This document shows, in pieces, positions 48,591 through 58,544 of a stretch of 64,000 bases of DNA. Position 1 is the first letter of the stretch. Each line of letters opens with the position of its first letter. The position numbers and the translations under genes are program-made. The DNA lies in the NCBI GenBank assembly GCA_036453145.1, contig JAZHVT010000003.1, positions 29,156 to 93,155 of the forward strand, given 5' to 3'. The notes under the pieces were generated by a model. That model saw only the letters and a program-made list of their open reading frames with translations. It was not told where the DNA came from and ran no database searches. The DNA is from Eubacteriales bacterium. Lineage in GTDB: Bacteria; Bacillota; Clostridia; Lachnospirales; Lachnospiraceae.

Positions 48591-48619
48591 AGGGGCTGCC
48601 GCTGTGCGGCAGCCCCTTT
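48591..48619 (+). terminator. Intrinsic terminator after pgm
   Basis: AGGGGCTGCCGC/GCGGCAGCCCCT plus TT. Confidence 0.75.
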
Positions 48620-48728
48620 GTGCACTGTGCACGAAATGCTTGACAGCATGGGGGCCGTGCGCTATAAATATAGAGTCTGTTATTATCTGTCAGGAATGAT
48701 GGAATTATTCAGGAGGATATAATACATT

Positions 48729-49004
48729 ATGAATAAAGTTGAATTAAGCGCAGCAATTGCCAATGAGACCGGCCTTTCCAGAAAGGACGCAGAGGCTGCT
48801 GTTAAGGCATTTGTTGATGTTGTTACAGAAGAGCTGAAGAAGGGCGGCAAGGTACAGCTTGTCGGCTTCGGAACATTTGAGATCTCTGAGAGAGCAGCCC
48901 GTGAGGGACGTAATCCGCAGACGGGTGCATCTATGGAGATCAAGGCTTCCAAGGCACCCAAGTTCAAGGCTGGCAAGGCACTGAAGGACGCTGTCAACGA
49001 GTAA
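48729..49004 (+). CDS. hup: DNA-binding protein HU
   Basis: [28 protein letters not shown]; promoter TTGACA-17-TATAAA (48640-68). Confidence 0.97.
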   Translation: MNKVELSAAIANETGLSRKDAEAAVKAFVDVVTEELKKGGKVQLVGFGTFEISERAAREGRNPQTGASMEIKASKAPKFKAGKALKDAVNE

Positions 49005-49022
49005 TTCATAGTCCGGGATAAG

Positions 49023-49057
49023 AAAAGAGCTGCTGTGTATGACAGCAGCTCTTTTTT
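49023..49057 (+). terminator. Intrinsic terminator after hup
   Basis: AAAAGAGCTGCTGT/ACAGCAGCTCTTTTTT. Confidence 0.85.
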
Positions 49058-49091
49058 GAACGATGAACCCGGCCGGTGAGGAGAATCAGGC

Positions 49092-49331
49092 ATGAGATTA
49101 GATAAATATCTGAAGGTATCGAGACTGATCAAGAGGCGTACTGTGGCGAACGAGGCATGTGATGCCGGCCGTGTGACAGTCAATGACAGGCCGGTCAAGG
49201 CGTCGTATGACGTGAAGGTCGGGGATGTGATCGAGATCCGCTTTGGTGAGAAGACGGTTCGTGTCGCGGTCACGGATATCCAGGACACAACCAAGAAGGA
49301 AAACGCCGCCGATATGTACAGGTACGTCTGA
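49092..49331 (+). CDS. yabO: S4-domain RNA-binding protein (YabO/RqcP)
   Basis: MRLDKYLKVSRLIKRRTVANEACDAGRV. Confidence 0.95.
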   Translation: MRLDKYLKVSRLIKRRTVANEACDAGRVTVNDRPVKASYDVKVGDVIEIRFGEKTVRVAVTDIQDTTKKENAADMYRYV

Positions 49332-49332
49332 A

Positions 49333-49704
49333 ATGAGCAGGACAAGGAGTTCGGAACACCGGCGCACGTCTTCCGGTAAGGGGAAAAAGAGCGGAAAGAG
49401 ACGCTCCTCCCGTATGCGGGTCACGAGAGAGAACCGGATTACCATGCTGGTTGTCACGCTCGTGGTCTGTCTGCTCTGTATCGTTCTGTTTGTCCAGGCA
49501 TGCCACATGAAGAAGCAGCTTAGAGCCGGTGAATCGGAGGCGGCTGCGCTCAGCTCCGAGATTTCGGCGGAGCGGGAGCGGACAAAAAGTATTGAGTCCC
49601 TGCGCGAGCAGATGTCAAGTGATGAGTATATCGAGCAGGAGGCAAGAGAGCGGCTGGGTCTTGCCGAGAGCGATGAGATTTTGTTCAGGGCGGATGATTC
49701 ATGA
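49333..49704 (+). CDS. divIC: Septum formation initiator (DivIC/FtsL family)
   Basis: Basic N-terminus, one TM, coiled coil, SDEYIEQEARERLGL. Confidence 0.85.
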   Translation: MSRTRSSEHRRTSSGKGKKSGKRRSSRMRVTRENRITMLVVTLVVCLLCIVLFVQACHMKKQLRAGESEAAALSSEISAERERTKSIESLREQMSSDEYIEQEARERLGLAESDEILFRADDS

Positions 49705-51140
49705 GAGAAACATTGGAGAAGGTAAAACAGCTGATCAGGGAAACCGGTATGCTCCGGAATTGTACGCACGTTGTTGCCGGCGTGTCGGGCGGAGCAGACT
49801 CGGTTTTCCTTTTTTATGCGCTGAGACAGCTGGAGAGTGAGTACGGTTTCCGTCTTCATATTGTTCATGTCAACCACGAGATTCGCGGCGCAGAGGCGGA
49901 TGAGGACGAGCAGTTTGTGCGGGACCTGTGCGGGAAGTACGGAGTTCCGCTTGCTGTCCGCCGCAGGAATATTCCGGAGCTCGCTCGGCAGCAGGGAATG
50001 ACCCTTGAGGAGGCCGGCCGATACGCCCGGTATGAGATATTCCATGAGGAAGCGCGGAAGCTTGACGGAGACGTGCGCATTGCACTGGCGCACCATCAGA
50101 ATGATGTCGCGGAGACTCTGCTGTTTCAGATGGCGAGAGGCTGCAGCCTTGACGGGATGGCCTCGATCCGCCCGGTGAGGGACAATGTAATTCGCCCTCT
50201 TCTTGCTGTGACGAAGGAGGAAATCCTTGCGTATCTGACTGAGAGAAGCATTCCGTGGCGCGAGGATTCGACAAATGCAGACAACGACGCCGTAAGAAAC
50301 AGGCTCCGGCACGATGTGATCCCGTATCTGATCAGGGAGATCAATGCGGGGACGGTCTCTCATTTTGCGGCGGAGGCTGCGGACTGTGCGGAGGCTGCGG
50401 ATTTTATCAGAGAGGAGGCTGCGCGGCGGGCCGGGCGGTATGTCTCCTGCGGCAGCGCGGAGAACTGCGATTATGTGATTTCAGATGGCATTCAGGAAGA
50501 GCTCGATATTCTGAGAAGAGAAATCATAAGGCAGACCCTGGCTCGCCTTACGGGATCGCTGAAGGACATTTCGCGGGTCCATATCGTGGGTGTCGACGGG
50601 CTGTTTCGTCACTCCGCCGGTGCGGAGCTTGATCTGCCATACGGACTTGTGGCAGAGAGGGACAGGACAGGCGTACATCTCCGGCGAAGAGAGCGGGGCA
50701 ACGAGTATGTCCCCTGCAGCGGCGAAGGCACGCAGAAGCGCGTGGCCCCGCTCCTTCCCGAGACAGCGGAGACGTTTGGCGGATACGCATTTTCAGCGGA
50801 GCTGATTTCGAGGGAGGACGGTGCGATCCCGGAAAAAAGATATACGAAATGGTTTGACTATGATACAATAAACACGTTCTCCATGACGATCCGATATCGG
50901 GAACCCGGCGATTTTCTGACGGTAAATGCAGAGGGCGGCCGGAAGAAGCTGTCCGATTATTTTACGGATGAAAAGGTCCCCGTACAGCTGAGAGACAGGA
51001 TTCCTGTTCTTGCGTCCGGAAAGGAGATTATCTGGATCGTCGGTATGCGGATCGGATATCGGTTCCGGGTTTCTCCGGAGACGAAGCGCGTTCTTTCGGT
51101 GACGGCGGTGCAGCGGCCGGAGCAGGAGGACCCTGACTGA
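49701..51140 (+). CDS. tilS: tRNA(Ile)-lysidine synthetase
   Basis: GVSGGADS, VNHEIRG, HHQNDVAET, IRPLL, RNRLRH. Confidence 0.95.
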   Translation: MRETLEKVKQLIRETGMLRNCTHVVAGVSGGADSVFLFYALRQLESEYGFRLHIVHVNHEIRGAEADEDEQFVRDLCGKYGVPLAVRRRNIPELARQQGMTLEEAGRYARYEIFHEEARKLDGDVRIALAHHQNDVAETLLFQMARGCSLDGMASIRPVRDNVIRPLLAVTKEEILAYLTERSIPWREDSTNADNDAVRNRLRHDVIPYLIREINAGTVSHFAAEAADCAEAADFIREEAARRAGRYVSCGSAENCDYVISDGIQEELDILRREIIRQTLARLTGSLKDISRVHIVGVDGLFRHSAGAELDLPYGLVAERDRTGVHLRRRERGNEYVPCSGEGTQKRVAPLLPETAETFGGYAFSAELISREDGAIPEKRYTKWFDYDTINTFSMTIRYREPGDFLTVNAEGGRKKLSDYFTDEKVPVQLRDRIPVLASGKEIIWIVGMRIGYRFRVSPETKRVLSVTAVQRPEQEDPD

Positions 51141-51249
51141 AATCGGTTTTACAAAATCCGGCGGCTTTTATTTTCTGTTTCACAGAAGAGGGATTGCGCA
51201 CGGGTAGAAACAATATATAAATCATACAAGAAAAGAGGAAACCTTCGAT

Positions 51250-51780
51250 ATGAGCGATAATATCAAAGTCCTGATCAGCGCGGAAAAGGTGGATGCCCGC
51301 ATCAGAGAAATTGCGGCCCAGATCAATGAGGACTACAAGGGCAGATCCATTCACATGATTTCTATTTTGAAGGGCGGCGCGTATTTCATGACGGAGCTGT
51401 CGAAGTATATCTCAGAGGATATTCCCGTGACCTTTGACTTCATGCAGGTTTCAAGCTATGGGAACGGAACGGAGTCGAGCGGCCACATCAAATTCACGAA
51501 GGACCTTGACGAGAGTATTCAGGGCAGAGACGTGATTATTGTGGAGGATATTATCGATACAGGGCATACGCTTTTTTACCTGATGGACCTTCTTGCGGAA
51601 AGAAAGCCTGCGTCCGTGAAGCTCTGCACGCTTCTGGACAAGCCGGGAAGAAGAGTCAGGGATGTCAAGGTGGATTATGAGGGATTCCGGATCGATGACC
51701 TCTTCGTCGTCGGCTGCGGCATGGACTATGCGCAGAAGTACAGGAACCTTCCTTATATCGGAGTTATTGAAACGGAGTAA
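51250..51780 (+). CDS. hpt: Hypoxanthine phosphoribosyltransferase
   Basis: ILKGG, VEDIIDTGHT, FVVGCGMDYAQKYRNLPY. Confidence 0.96.
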   Translation: MSDNIKVLISAEKVDARIREIAAQINEDYKGRSIHMISILKGGAYFMTELSKYISEDIPVTFDFMQVSSYGNGTESSGHIKFTKDLDESIQGRDVIIVEDIIDTGHTLFYLMDLLAERKPASVKLCTLLDKPGRRVRDVKVDYEGFRIDDLFVVGCGMDYAQKYRNLPYIGVIETE

Positions 51781-51785
51781 ATGCA

Positions 51786-53621
51786 TTGAATCAGAACCAG
51801 AACCAGCCAAAACCTTCCAGAAGCATCGCACTGTATCTTGTGCTGATCCTTATTTTTCTGGCAGGATTTTTCTATCTCTCGGGACGCACGAGATCAACAT
51901 CGGATTACACCTATGCGCAGTTCAAGAAGGCGCTTGCAGCCGGGGATGTTGATTCCGTCACGATTCGTCCGAATTCTGAGGTGCCGACCGGTCAGGTGAC
52001 CGCTGTGCTCTCAGACGGGCGGAGCCGCAGCTTCTATGACACGGATGTCAATGCGGTCAAGGACATGCTCGAGAATGATTACAGCGATGTGTCTGTATAC
52101 GTCGATGATGTCCAGTCCGATTTTCCGGTCCTCATGACTGTCATATCGGTCGCGGCTGTTATCATTTTCATGATTGTGTTCTTTGTCATGATGACAAGGG
52201 CACAGGCCGGGGGCGGCGCGAATGCCCAGATGATGAATTTCGGGCGGAGCCGCGCGCAGCGCATGGACGGAAAGCAGAATCCGATTACATTCAAGGATGT
52301 AGCGGGTCTTGAGGAGGAGAAGCAGGATCTCGAGGAGATTGTCGATTTCCTGAAGAATCCGACGAAATACACCAATGTGGGCGCGAGAATTCCCAAGGGC
52401 GTTCTTCTTGTCGGCCCTCCGGGAACAGGCAAGACGCTGATTGCGAAGGCGGTCGCCGGCGAGGCCGGTGTCCCATTCTATTCGATTTCCGGCTCTGATT
52501 TCGTCGAGATGTTCGTCGGCGTCGGTGCGAGCCGTGTCCGCGACCTGTTCGAGGAAGCAAAGAAGAACCATCCGTGCATTATCTTTATCGATGAGATCGA
52601 TGCGGTGGCCAGACGGCGCGGCGCAGGTCTCGGCGGCGGTCACGATGAGAGAGAGCAGACGCTCAACCAGATGCTCGTTGAGATGGACGGTTTTTCGGCA
52701 AATGAAGGAATCATCGTCATGGCTGCAACGAACCGGGTCGATATTCTGGACCCTGCGATTTTAAGACCCGGCCGCTTTGACCGCAAGGTGTCAGTCGGCA
52801 TGCCCGATGTCAAGGGCAGGGAGGAGATTCTGACTGTTCACGCGCAGGGCAAGCCGCTCGCCGATGACGTCGATCTGAAGCAGATTGCACAGACGACGGC
52901 CGGATTTTCGGGGGCGGACCTCGAGAACCTTCTGAACGAGGCTGCAATCGGAGCGGCGAGAGAAAACAGACCGTTCATCCGTCAGGATGATATAAAGGCT
53001 GCATTTGTCAAGGTCGGAATCGGCGCGGAGAAAAAGAGCAAGGTTATTTCCGAGAAGGACAAGCGGATCACTGCATACCATGAATCCGGTCACGCGATTC
53101 TGTTCCATGTGCTTCCGGATGTCGGGCCGGTCTATTCTGTCTCCATCATTCCGACAGGAATGGGAGCAGCCGGATACACGATGCCGCTTCCGGAGCGCGA
53201 TGAGCTCTTTAATACGCGCGGAAGAATGATGCAGGACATCATGGTCGCCATGGGAGGCCGTGTCGCTGAGGAGCTGATCTTTGACGACATCACGACCGGT
53301 GCGTCGCAGGACCTCAAGCAGGCGACGCAGGAGGCGCGGGAGATGGTCACAAAGTACGGCTTTTCGTCTGTGATCGGCCCGGTCTCTTACGATGATTCCG
53401 GTGAGGTCTTTATCGGCAGAGACTTTGAGAAGACGCAGAGCTACAGCCAGCACACGGCGGAGGAAATCGATGACGAGGTCAGAAAGATCCTCGAGAAGTG
53501 CTACTCTGAGGCGAAGCGGATCATCAGTGAGCACAGGGACGTTCTTGACGCGAGCGCCGCACTGCTGCTTAAGAAAGAGAAGATCGGCAGAGAGGAATTT
53601 GAGGCTCTGTTTCAGAATTGA
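51786..53621 (+). CDS. ftsH: ATP-dependent zinc metalloprotease FtsH
   Basis: Two TMs, [19 protein letters not shown]-type SRH ([10 protein letters not shown]), HESGH. Confidence 0.97.
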   Translation: MNQNQNQPKPSRSIALYLVLILIFLAGFFYLSGRTRSTSDYTYAQFKKALAAGDVDSVTIRPNSEVPTGQVTAVLSDGRSRSFYDTDVNAVKDMLENDYSDVSVYVDDVQSDFPVLMTVISVAAVIIFMIVFFVMMTRAQAGGGANAQMMNFGRSRAQRMDGKQNPITFKDVAGLEEEKQDLEEIVDFLKNPTKYTNVGARIPKGVLLVGPPGTGKTLIAKAVAGEAGVPFYSISGSDFVEMFVGVGASRVRDLFEEAKKNHPCIIFIDEIDAVARRRGAGLGGGHDEREQTLNQMLVEMDGFSANEGIIVMAATNRVDILDPAILRPGRFDRKVSVGMPDVKGREEILTVHAQGKPLADDVDLKQIAQTTAGFSGADLENLLNEAAIGAARENRPFIRQDDIKAAFVKVGIGAEKKSKVISEKDKRITAYHESGHAILFHVLPDVGPVYSVSIIPTGMGAAGYTMPLPERDELFNTRGRMMQDIMVAMGGRVAEELIFDDITTGASQDLKQATQEAREMVTKYGFSSVIGPVSYDDSGEVFIGRDFEKTQSYSQHTAEEIDDEVRKILEKCYSEAKRIISEHRDVLDASAALLLKKEKIGREEFEALFQN

Positions 53622-53643
53622 TTGAATTAATTAGGGGAGTGCC

Positions 53644-55752
53644 ATGGGCATAGATATGGCAGAAGACGGCGCGTCGAGAGTCCAGCAGTATGTGTCTCTC
53701 ATGCGTCCATTGTTCAAGAAACGGGCGGTTTTCAGCGATGAGAGCCGCTTTTACAGAGAACCGTTTGAACCGAAGCCGGGCGACAACGTGACGGTCAGAA
53801 TCCGGACTCTGCGGAATAATGTAGATGAGGTGTGGTTTATCAGCGGAGCGATGCGTGAGCTGATGCACGTCGGTGAGACGAGCGAGGGCTTTGACTACTA
53901 CGAGTATACGCTTCCGGTCGGAGAGGATCCGATCTCTTATTATTTTGAGCTGCGGGTCGGCAATATGTCCTGCTATTACAACAAGCTCGGAATCACGAGG
54001 GACCTCTCCGTACGAAATTCATTCAGAATCTGCCCGGGCTTTACGACACCGGAATGGGCGCGCGGGGCAGTCATGTATCAGATTTATACGGACCGGTTCT
54101 GCAACGGTGATCCGGCAAATGATGTTGTCGATAACGAGTATTTCTATCTCGGCGGCTATGCGCGCCATGTCGACGACTGGAACCAGGTCCCTTCCAATAT
54201 GGATGTGCGGAATTTCTACGGCGGAGATCTCCTCGGGGTTGAAAAGAAGCTCGATTACCTGCAGGACCTCGGCGTGCAGGTCATTTACCTGAACCCGATC
54301 TTTGTCTCTCCGTCGAACCACAAATATGACATTCAGGACTACGACCATGTGGATCCTCATTTTGCGTGCATTGTCAAGGACGGAGGCGAGCCTCTGAAGG
54401 ACGGAGACACGTCAAACGGGGACGCGACGATGTATATCCAGCGCGTGACGGATCCGATCAACCTCGATGCGTCGAATTCGTACTTTGCGCATTTATGTCA
54501 GGAAATCCATCGCCGCGGCATGAAGGTCATTCTGGACGGCGTGTTCAACCACTGCGGCTCGTTCAACAAATGGATGGACAGAGAGCGCATTTACGAGCAG
54601 CACGGCGGCTACGCGAAGGGCGCCTATATCGATGCGGACAGTCCGTACAGGACATTCTTCCGGTTCAATAATGAGCATGCGTGGCCTTACAACGAGTTCT
54701 ACGACGGCTGGTGGGGAAATGAAACGCTCCCGAAGCTGAACTATGAGGACAGCCCGAAGCTCGTCGAGTATATCCTGAACATAGGCAGAAAGTGGGTTTC
54801 TCCGCCATACTGCGCGGACGGCTGGAGACTTGATGTCGCGGCTGACCTCGGTATGAGTGCTGAGTACAACCATCATTTCTGGAAAATGTTCCGAAAGGCG
54901 GTCAAGGAGGCCAATCCGAACGCGATTATTCTTGCCGAGCACTACGGCGAGACCTATGACTGGCTGAAGGGCGACGAGTGGGACACGGTCATGAACTACG
55001 ATGCGTTCATGGAGCCGGTCTCCTGGTTTCTGACAGGCATGGAGAAGCACAGCGACCAGTTCCGCGAGGACCTTCTCGGAAACGGCGAGGCGTTCCGTGA
55101 CGCGATGACGTATCATATGGCGAGCTTCATGGCACCGTCGATTCAGTGCGCGATGAATGAGCTTGACAATCATGATCACTCCAGGTTCCTCACGAGGACG
55201 AACCATTACGTCGGCCGTGTCAACCATCTCGGTGCAGAGGCGGCATCCGTCAACATCAATCCTGCGGTCATGCGGGAGGCTGTCCTGATGCAGATGACAT
55301 TTGTCGGGGCACCGACTGTCTACTACGGAGATGAGGCGGGCGTCGTAGGATTTACGGACCCGGACAACAGACGCACCTATCCGTGGGGGCGTGAGGACAA
55401 GGAGATGCTGGATTTCTACAAGCGTGCAATCCGCCTGCACAAGAAATACAAAACATTCTCAGAAGGGTCCACGAAGGACCTGTGCAGCGGCTATCACAGT
55501 GTTGTCTATGGACGATTTTCCGATGAGGAGCAGTTCGTCATCGCCGTGAATTCCGGCGAGCAGCCGATTGCGCTGGAGATTCCGGTCTGGGAGACCGGTG
55601 TCACGCGCACGTCCAATACGAAGATGACACAGCTTCTGACAACGTGGAAGGACGGCGTGTCTGAGGAGTCTGTCGAGCACGATGTCATTGCCGGCATTCT
55701 GACGCTGGATATGAGAGCTTATGAGGCGGTCGTTCTCTACAGACACGACTGA
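53644..55752 (+). CDS. Cytoplasmic glycoside hydrolase family 13 (neopullulanase/cyclomaltodextrinase-like)
   Basis: MYQIYTDRF, LDGVFNH, DGWRLDVA, AEHY, LDNHD, YYGDEAG. Confidence 0.92.
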   Translation: MGIDMAEDGASRVQQYVSLMRPLFKKRAVFSDESRFYREPFEPKPGDNVTVRIRTLRNNVDEVWFISGAMRELMHVGETSEGFDYYEYTLPVGEDPISYYFELRVGNMSCYYNKLGITRDLSVRNSFRICPGFTTPEWARGAVMYQIYTDRFCNGDPANDVVDNEYFYLGGYARHVDDWNQVPSNMDVRNFYGGDLLGVEKKLDYLQDLGVQVIYLNPIFVSPSNHKYDIQDYDHVDPHFACIVKDGGEPLKDGDTSNGDATMYIQRVTDPINLDASNSYFAHLCQEIHRRGMKVILDGVFNHCGSFNKWMDRERIYEQHGGYAKGAYIDADSPYRTFFRFNNEHAWPYNEFYDGWWGNETLPKLNYEDSPKLVEYILNIGRKWVSPPYCADGWRLDVAADLGMSAEYNHHFWKMFRKAVKEANPNAIILAEHYGETYDWLKGDEWDTVMNYDAFMEPVSWFLTGMEKHSDQFREDLLGNGEAFRDAMTYHMASFMAPSIQCAMNELDNHDHSRFLTRTNHYVGRVNHLGAEAASVNINPAVMREAVLMQMTFVGAPTVYYGDEAGVVGFTDPDNRRTYPWGREDKEMLDFYKRAIRLHKKYKTFSEGSTKDLCSGYHSVVYGRFSDEEQFVIAVNSGEQPIALEIPVWETGVTRTSNTKMTQLLTTWKDGVSEESVEHDVIAGILTLDMRAYEAVVLYRHD

Positions 55753-55807
55753 CACTTGAATAATAAAGACCCGGACCTGTTTCCCGGGACCTGCAGGCGC
55801 TGCAGGT

Positions 55808-56554
55808 TCAGCGGGACATGTCCGGGCCTTTTTCTGTGCTCTCGTAAAATGCGCACATTGTTGTTATAACGTAGGGGATAATCCAGAGAAGCCCGAGGCC
55901 GAGTGTGATGACAGCAAGAAGCACCCAGCCTATGAAGCTGATGCAGGTGAGGAAGAACTTCCATTTCTGCCCGCGCATCAGGCGGCGCGATTGCTTCATG
56001 GCCACTGTCGTCGGAAGAGAGCCGCCGCAGTCGAGAAGAACAAACACAGTCATGGCATATGTCAGGAGAAAGAGGATGGCTGCGATGAACAAAGCCGCGC
56101 CGATTACGGCTGATATGACTGCTGCCAGCGGATGGTCTTTTATCTGCCCGAGAGCAATCAGAAACGGAACCATGGGGATGATCCGCACGGCTCCCGAGAT
56201 GATGCCGAAGAGAACAAAGCGGTCCGGCTGCATCCGGAAGACGGTCAGAAGCGAGCTGAAGGAGGTCTCCCTTCCGCGCAGCATCTGAAGAAAATGATAA
56301 CCGGCTCCCCAGACAAACAGCGAGATCAGGACCTGCATGATAAATGCGATTCCTGCTCCCGATATGACCTCTGCGACACTGGCGGATTTCATGACGGCCG
56401 CAAGAATGGCTGCCGCGATCATATGCAGTGCGATCAGCACGGCGGGATAAGCCACACTCTCGCCCCAGCGGCCCTCGAGCGCGCCGCGACTCTGTTCCTT
56501 TAAAAGACTGATTGAACCTGTTTTCATCGGATCGTTACCGTCTGTACCTTTCAT
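55808..56554 (-). CDS. DUF975 family membrane protein
   Basis: LKEQSRGALEGRW and SRRLMRGQKWKFF..SFIGW..LWIIPY motifs; multiple TMs. Confidence 0.8.
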   Translation of the reverse strand: MKGTDGNDPMKTGSISLLKEQSRGALEGRWGESVAYPAVLIALHMIAAAILAAVMKSASVAEVISGAGIAFIMQVLISLFVWGAGYHFLQMLRGRETSFSSLLTVFRMQPDRFVLFGIISGAVRIIPMVPFLIALGQIKDHPLAAVISAVIGAALFIAAILFLLTYAMTVFVLLDCGGSLPTTVAMKQSRRLMRGQKWKFFLTCISFIGWVLLAVITLGLGLLWIIPYVITTMCAFYESTEKGPDMSR

Positions 56555-56627
56555 TTTTTGTGATCAAGTGAGCTGCGCCCGCGTCAGACGGGCTTTGCAG
56601 CGGACGCGGCGGCCTGTCTGCTCTGTG

Positions 56628-57416
56628 TCAGACAAGCCCTCCGTCGCCGCTGAGTCCTCCGAGACCGGAGGGAAGCGTGCCGTCTGAAGAGGCACCGGAG
56701 GATGAGCTTCCTTCGGATGAAGAGTCTGCACCCTCGGACGGGTTGACGCTCTCTGATGAGGAATCTGCACCGCCGGCAGCGCTTCCTTCATTTTCCGAGG
56801 AAGAGGCGGCGCTTTCTGAGGAGCTGTCGGCGGATCCTGCTGACTGCCCTGTCAGTGCGCTGTACAGCCGTTTTTCGACATTTGTCTCGAACTCCGATAC
56901 GGAATCAGCATCTGAAAAATCGGTTACCTGCGCCTCCTTCACAGCGTAATCCCAGACGCCTGTTGATACGAGTGTGACCGCGCTGACGGCAATGACGGCG
57001 GCGGACAGGATGATGCCTGCAGCATTCAGGGCAATGGCGACGGATGCCATCGGGCTGAGCCTTCTGCGGCGGGAGAGAAGGGCAAATATGAGCCCGAGTC
57101 CCCCGAGAAAGATGGAGGTGCCGAAGATGATGCCGAGCAGGGAGCAGATTCCGCAGAGGAGCGCGGCCTTTGCCATGCCGTTCGGCTCGTGGTTCCGGCG
57201 GATCTCCGGGTCAAAGCGGTCAGGGTCCTGCTCATAGTGGCCGGTCCCGTTGAAATCGTCGAAAGGCGACTCGGAGTAAGGGCTCAGAAATGAGCCGCGC
57301 CAGGGATCGGCGAATGGGTCTGTCTGCTCGCTCTCGCGGTTTCTGAGCTCGGGATTGTGCTCGGCGTTGGCGCTGTCGCTCTGGTCGTACTGGTCTGATT
57401 CGTGAAAAAGTCCCAT
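56628..57416 (-). CDS. DUF4190-like membrane protein with Ser/Gly-rich tail
   Basis: GMAKAALLCGICSLLG two-TM motif; ATG 57416 after AGGAG. Confidence 0.7.
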   Translation of the reverse strand: MGLFHESDQYDQSDSANAEHNPELRNRESEQTDPFADPWRGSFLSPYSESPFDDFNGTGHYEQDPDRFDPEIRRNHEPNGMAKAALLCGICSLLGIIFGTSIFLGGLGLIFALLSRRRRLSPMASVAIALNAAGIILSAAVIAVSAVTLVSTGVWDYAVKEAQVTDFSDADSVSEFETNVEKRLYSALTGQSAGSADSSSESAASSSENEGSAAGGADSSSESVNPSEGADSSSEGSSSSGASSDGTLPSGLGGLSGDGGLV

Positions 57417-57531
57417 GAAAAATCTCCTGCCTGGGGTTGCCTGCAATAGTGTATACATTTAGCAGTATAACACTTGCGTCGGATTGTGGTACAATTATTA
57501 TAAAGAAGATTCAATGGAGCTCGGGAGAAAC

Positions 57532-58206
57532 ATGAAGGACAAGTCACTGGCAAATAACAGTTATCTGACAATACAGACGCTGCAGCGCATGCCTTATTAT
57601 CTGCAGTATCTGAAGAAGGCGAAGGCTGAGGGGCGGACCGATGTATCGGCATCGGCGATTGCCGCGGAGCTCCAGCTCAATGATGTGCTTGTGCGCAAGG
57701 ATATTGCGGCAGTAAGCTCGACAGGCGGAAGACCGAAGGCCGGCTTCAACGTCTGCACACTGATCCGGGACATCGAGCAGTACATGGGTTACCATACGAC
57801 GAAGGAAACCGTTCTCGTCGGGGCCGGGTCTCTTGGCAAGGCCCTGCTCCGAAACCGGGAGTTTGATATGTACGGGCTGAAGATTGTAGCAGCCTTCGAT
57901 GTCCGTAGGAGTCTGATCCACAAGAAAATCAACGGAGTAGAGGTCTATTCGCTTGCAAAGCTCAAGAATTTCTGCCTTCGCCAGAATATACAGATCGGAA
58001 TCATCACGGTGCCGGCAGAGGCCGCGCAGGACGTGGCAAACCGGCTCGTAGACGGCGGCATACAGGCAATCTGGAACTTTGCGTTCGTGAAGCTGCAGGT
58101 GCCGGACCACGTTCTTGTACAGAATGAAGATCTCGCGTCCTCACTTGCGATGCTGTCGCAGCATCTGCGTCTTGCGAACGAGATGGGAGAGAGCTGGATC
58201 GAGTGA
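57532..58206 (+). CDS. rex: Redox-sensing transcriptional repressor Rex (divergent paralogue-like)
   Basis: TLQRMPYYL, VRKDI, Rossmann GAGSLG, IWNFA; start uncertain (57514 or 57532). Confidence 0.88.
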   Translation: MKDKSLANNSYLTIQTLQRMPYYLQYLKKAKAEGRTDVSASAIAAELQLNDVLVRKDIAAVSSTGGRPKAGFNVCTLIRDIEQYMGYHTTKETVLVGAGSLGKALLRNREFDMYGLKIVAAFDVRRSLIHKKINGVEVYSLAKLKNFCLRQNIQIGIITVPAEAAQDVANRLVDGGIQAIWNFAFVKLQVPDHVLVQNEDLASSLAMLSQHLRLANEMGESWIE

Positions 58207-58251
58207 GAAAAATTTAATTTTTGCTGTTTTAGAGCATGATCTCGGCAGTGG

Positions 58252-58287
58252 ATGCGGAGCGCACCAAATGGTGCACTCCGCATTTTT
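58252..58287 (+). terminator. Intrinsic terminator after rex
   Basis: ATGCGGAG(CGCACC)/(GGTGCA)CTCCGCAT plus TTTT. Confidence 0.75.
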
Positions 58288-58380
58288 GAATTTTAGCGAG
58301 GAAAAGTGCCGAAAAATACAGTAAATATGGGAAAAAATGAAGGCTGCCCCGCAAAAATCGTACTGAAATAGTCGGATTTA

Positions 58381-58447
58381 ATCGATATTACGATATCGAT
58401 ATTTTCACAGGTTTGCCTTGTTTAACTAAAAGCGGTTGTGCTATTCT
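58381..58447 (+). promoter_or_regulatory. Palindromic operator candidate and fumC promoter
   Basis: ATCGATAT-TACG-ATATCGAT (58381-400); TTGTTT-18-TATTCT with extended TG. Confidence 0.5.
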
Positions 58448-58544
58448 GGGAACAGACATGACATTGAGAGAGCTCGTTTTCATTTTCAAAGCAGCTCCCG
58501 CAGCGGTATATGAACTGTCAATCCAGTCAAAGAGGAGAAAAACA

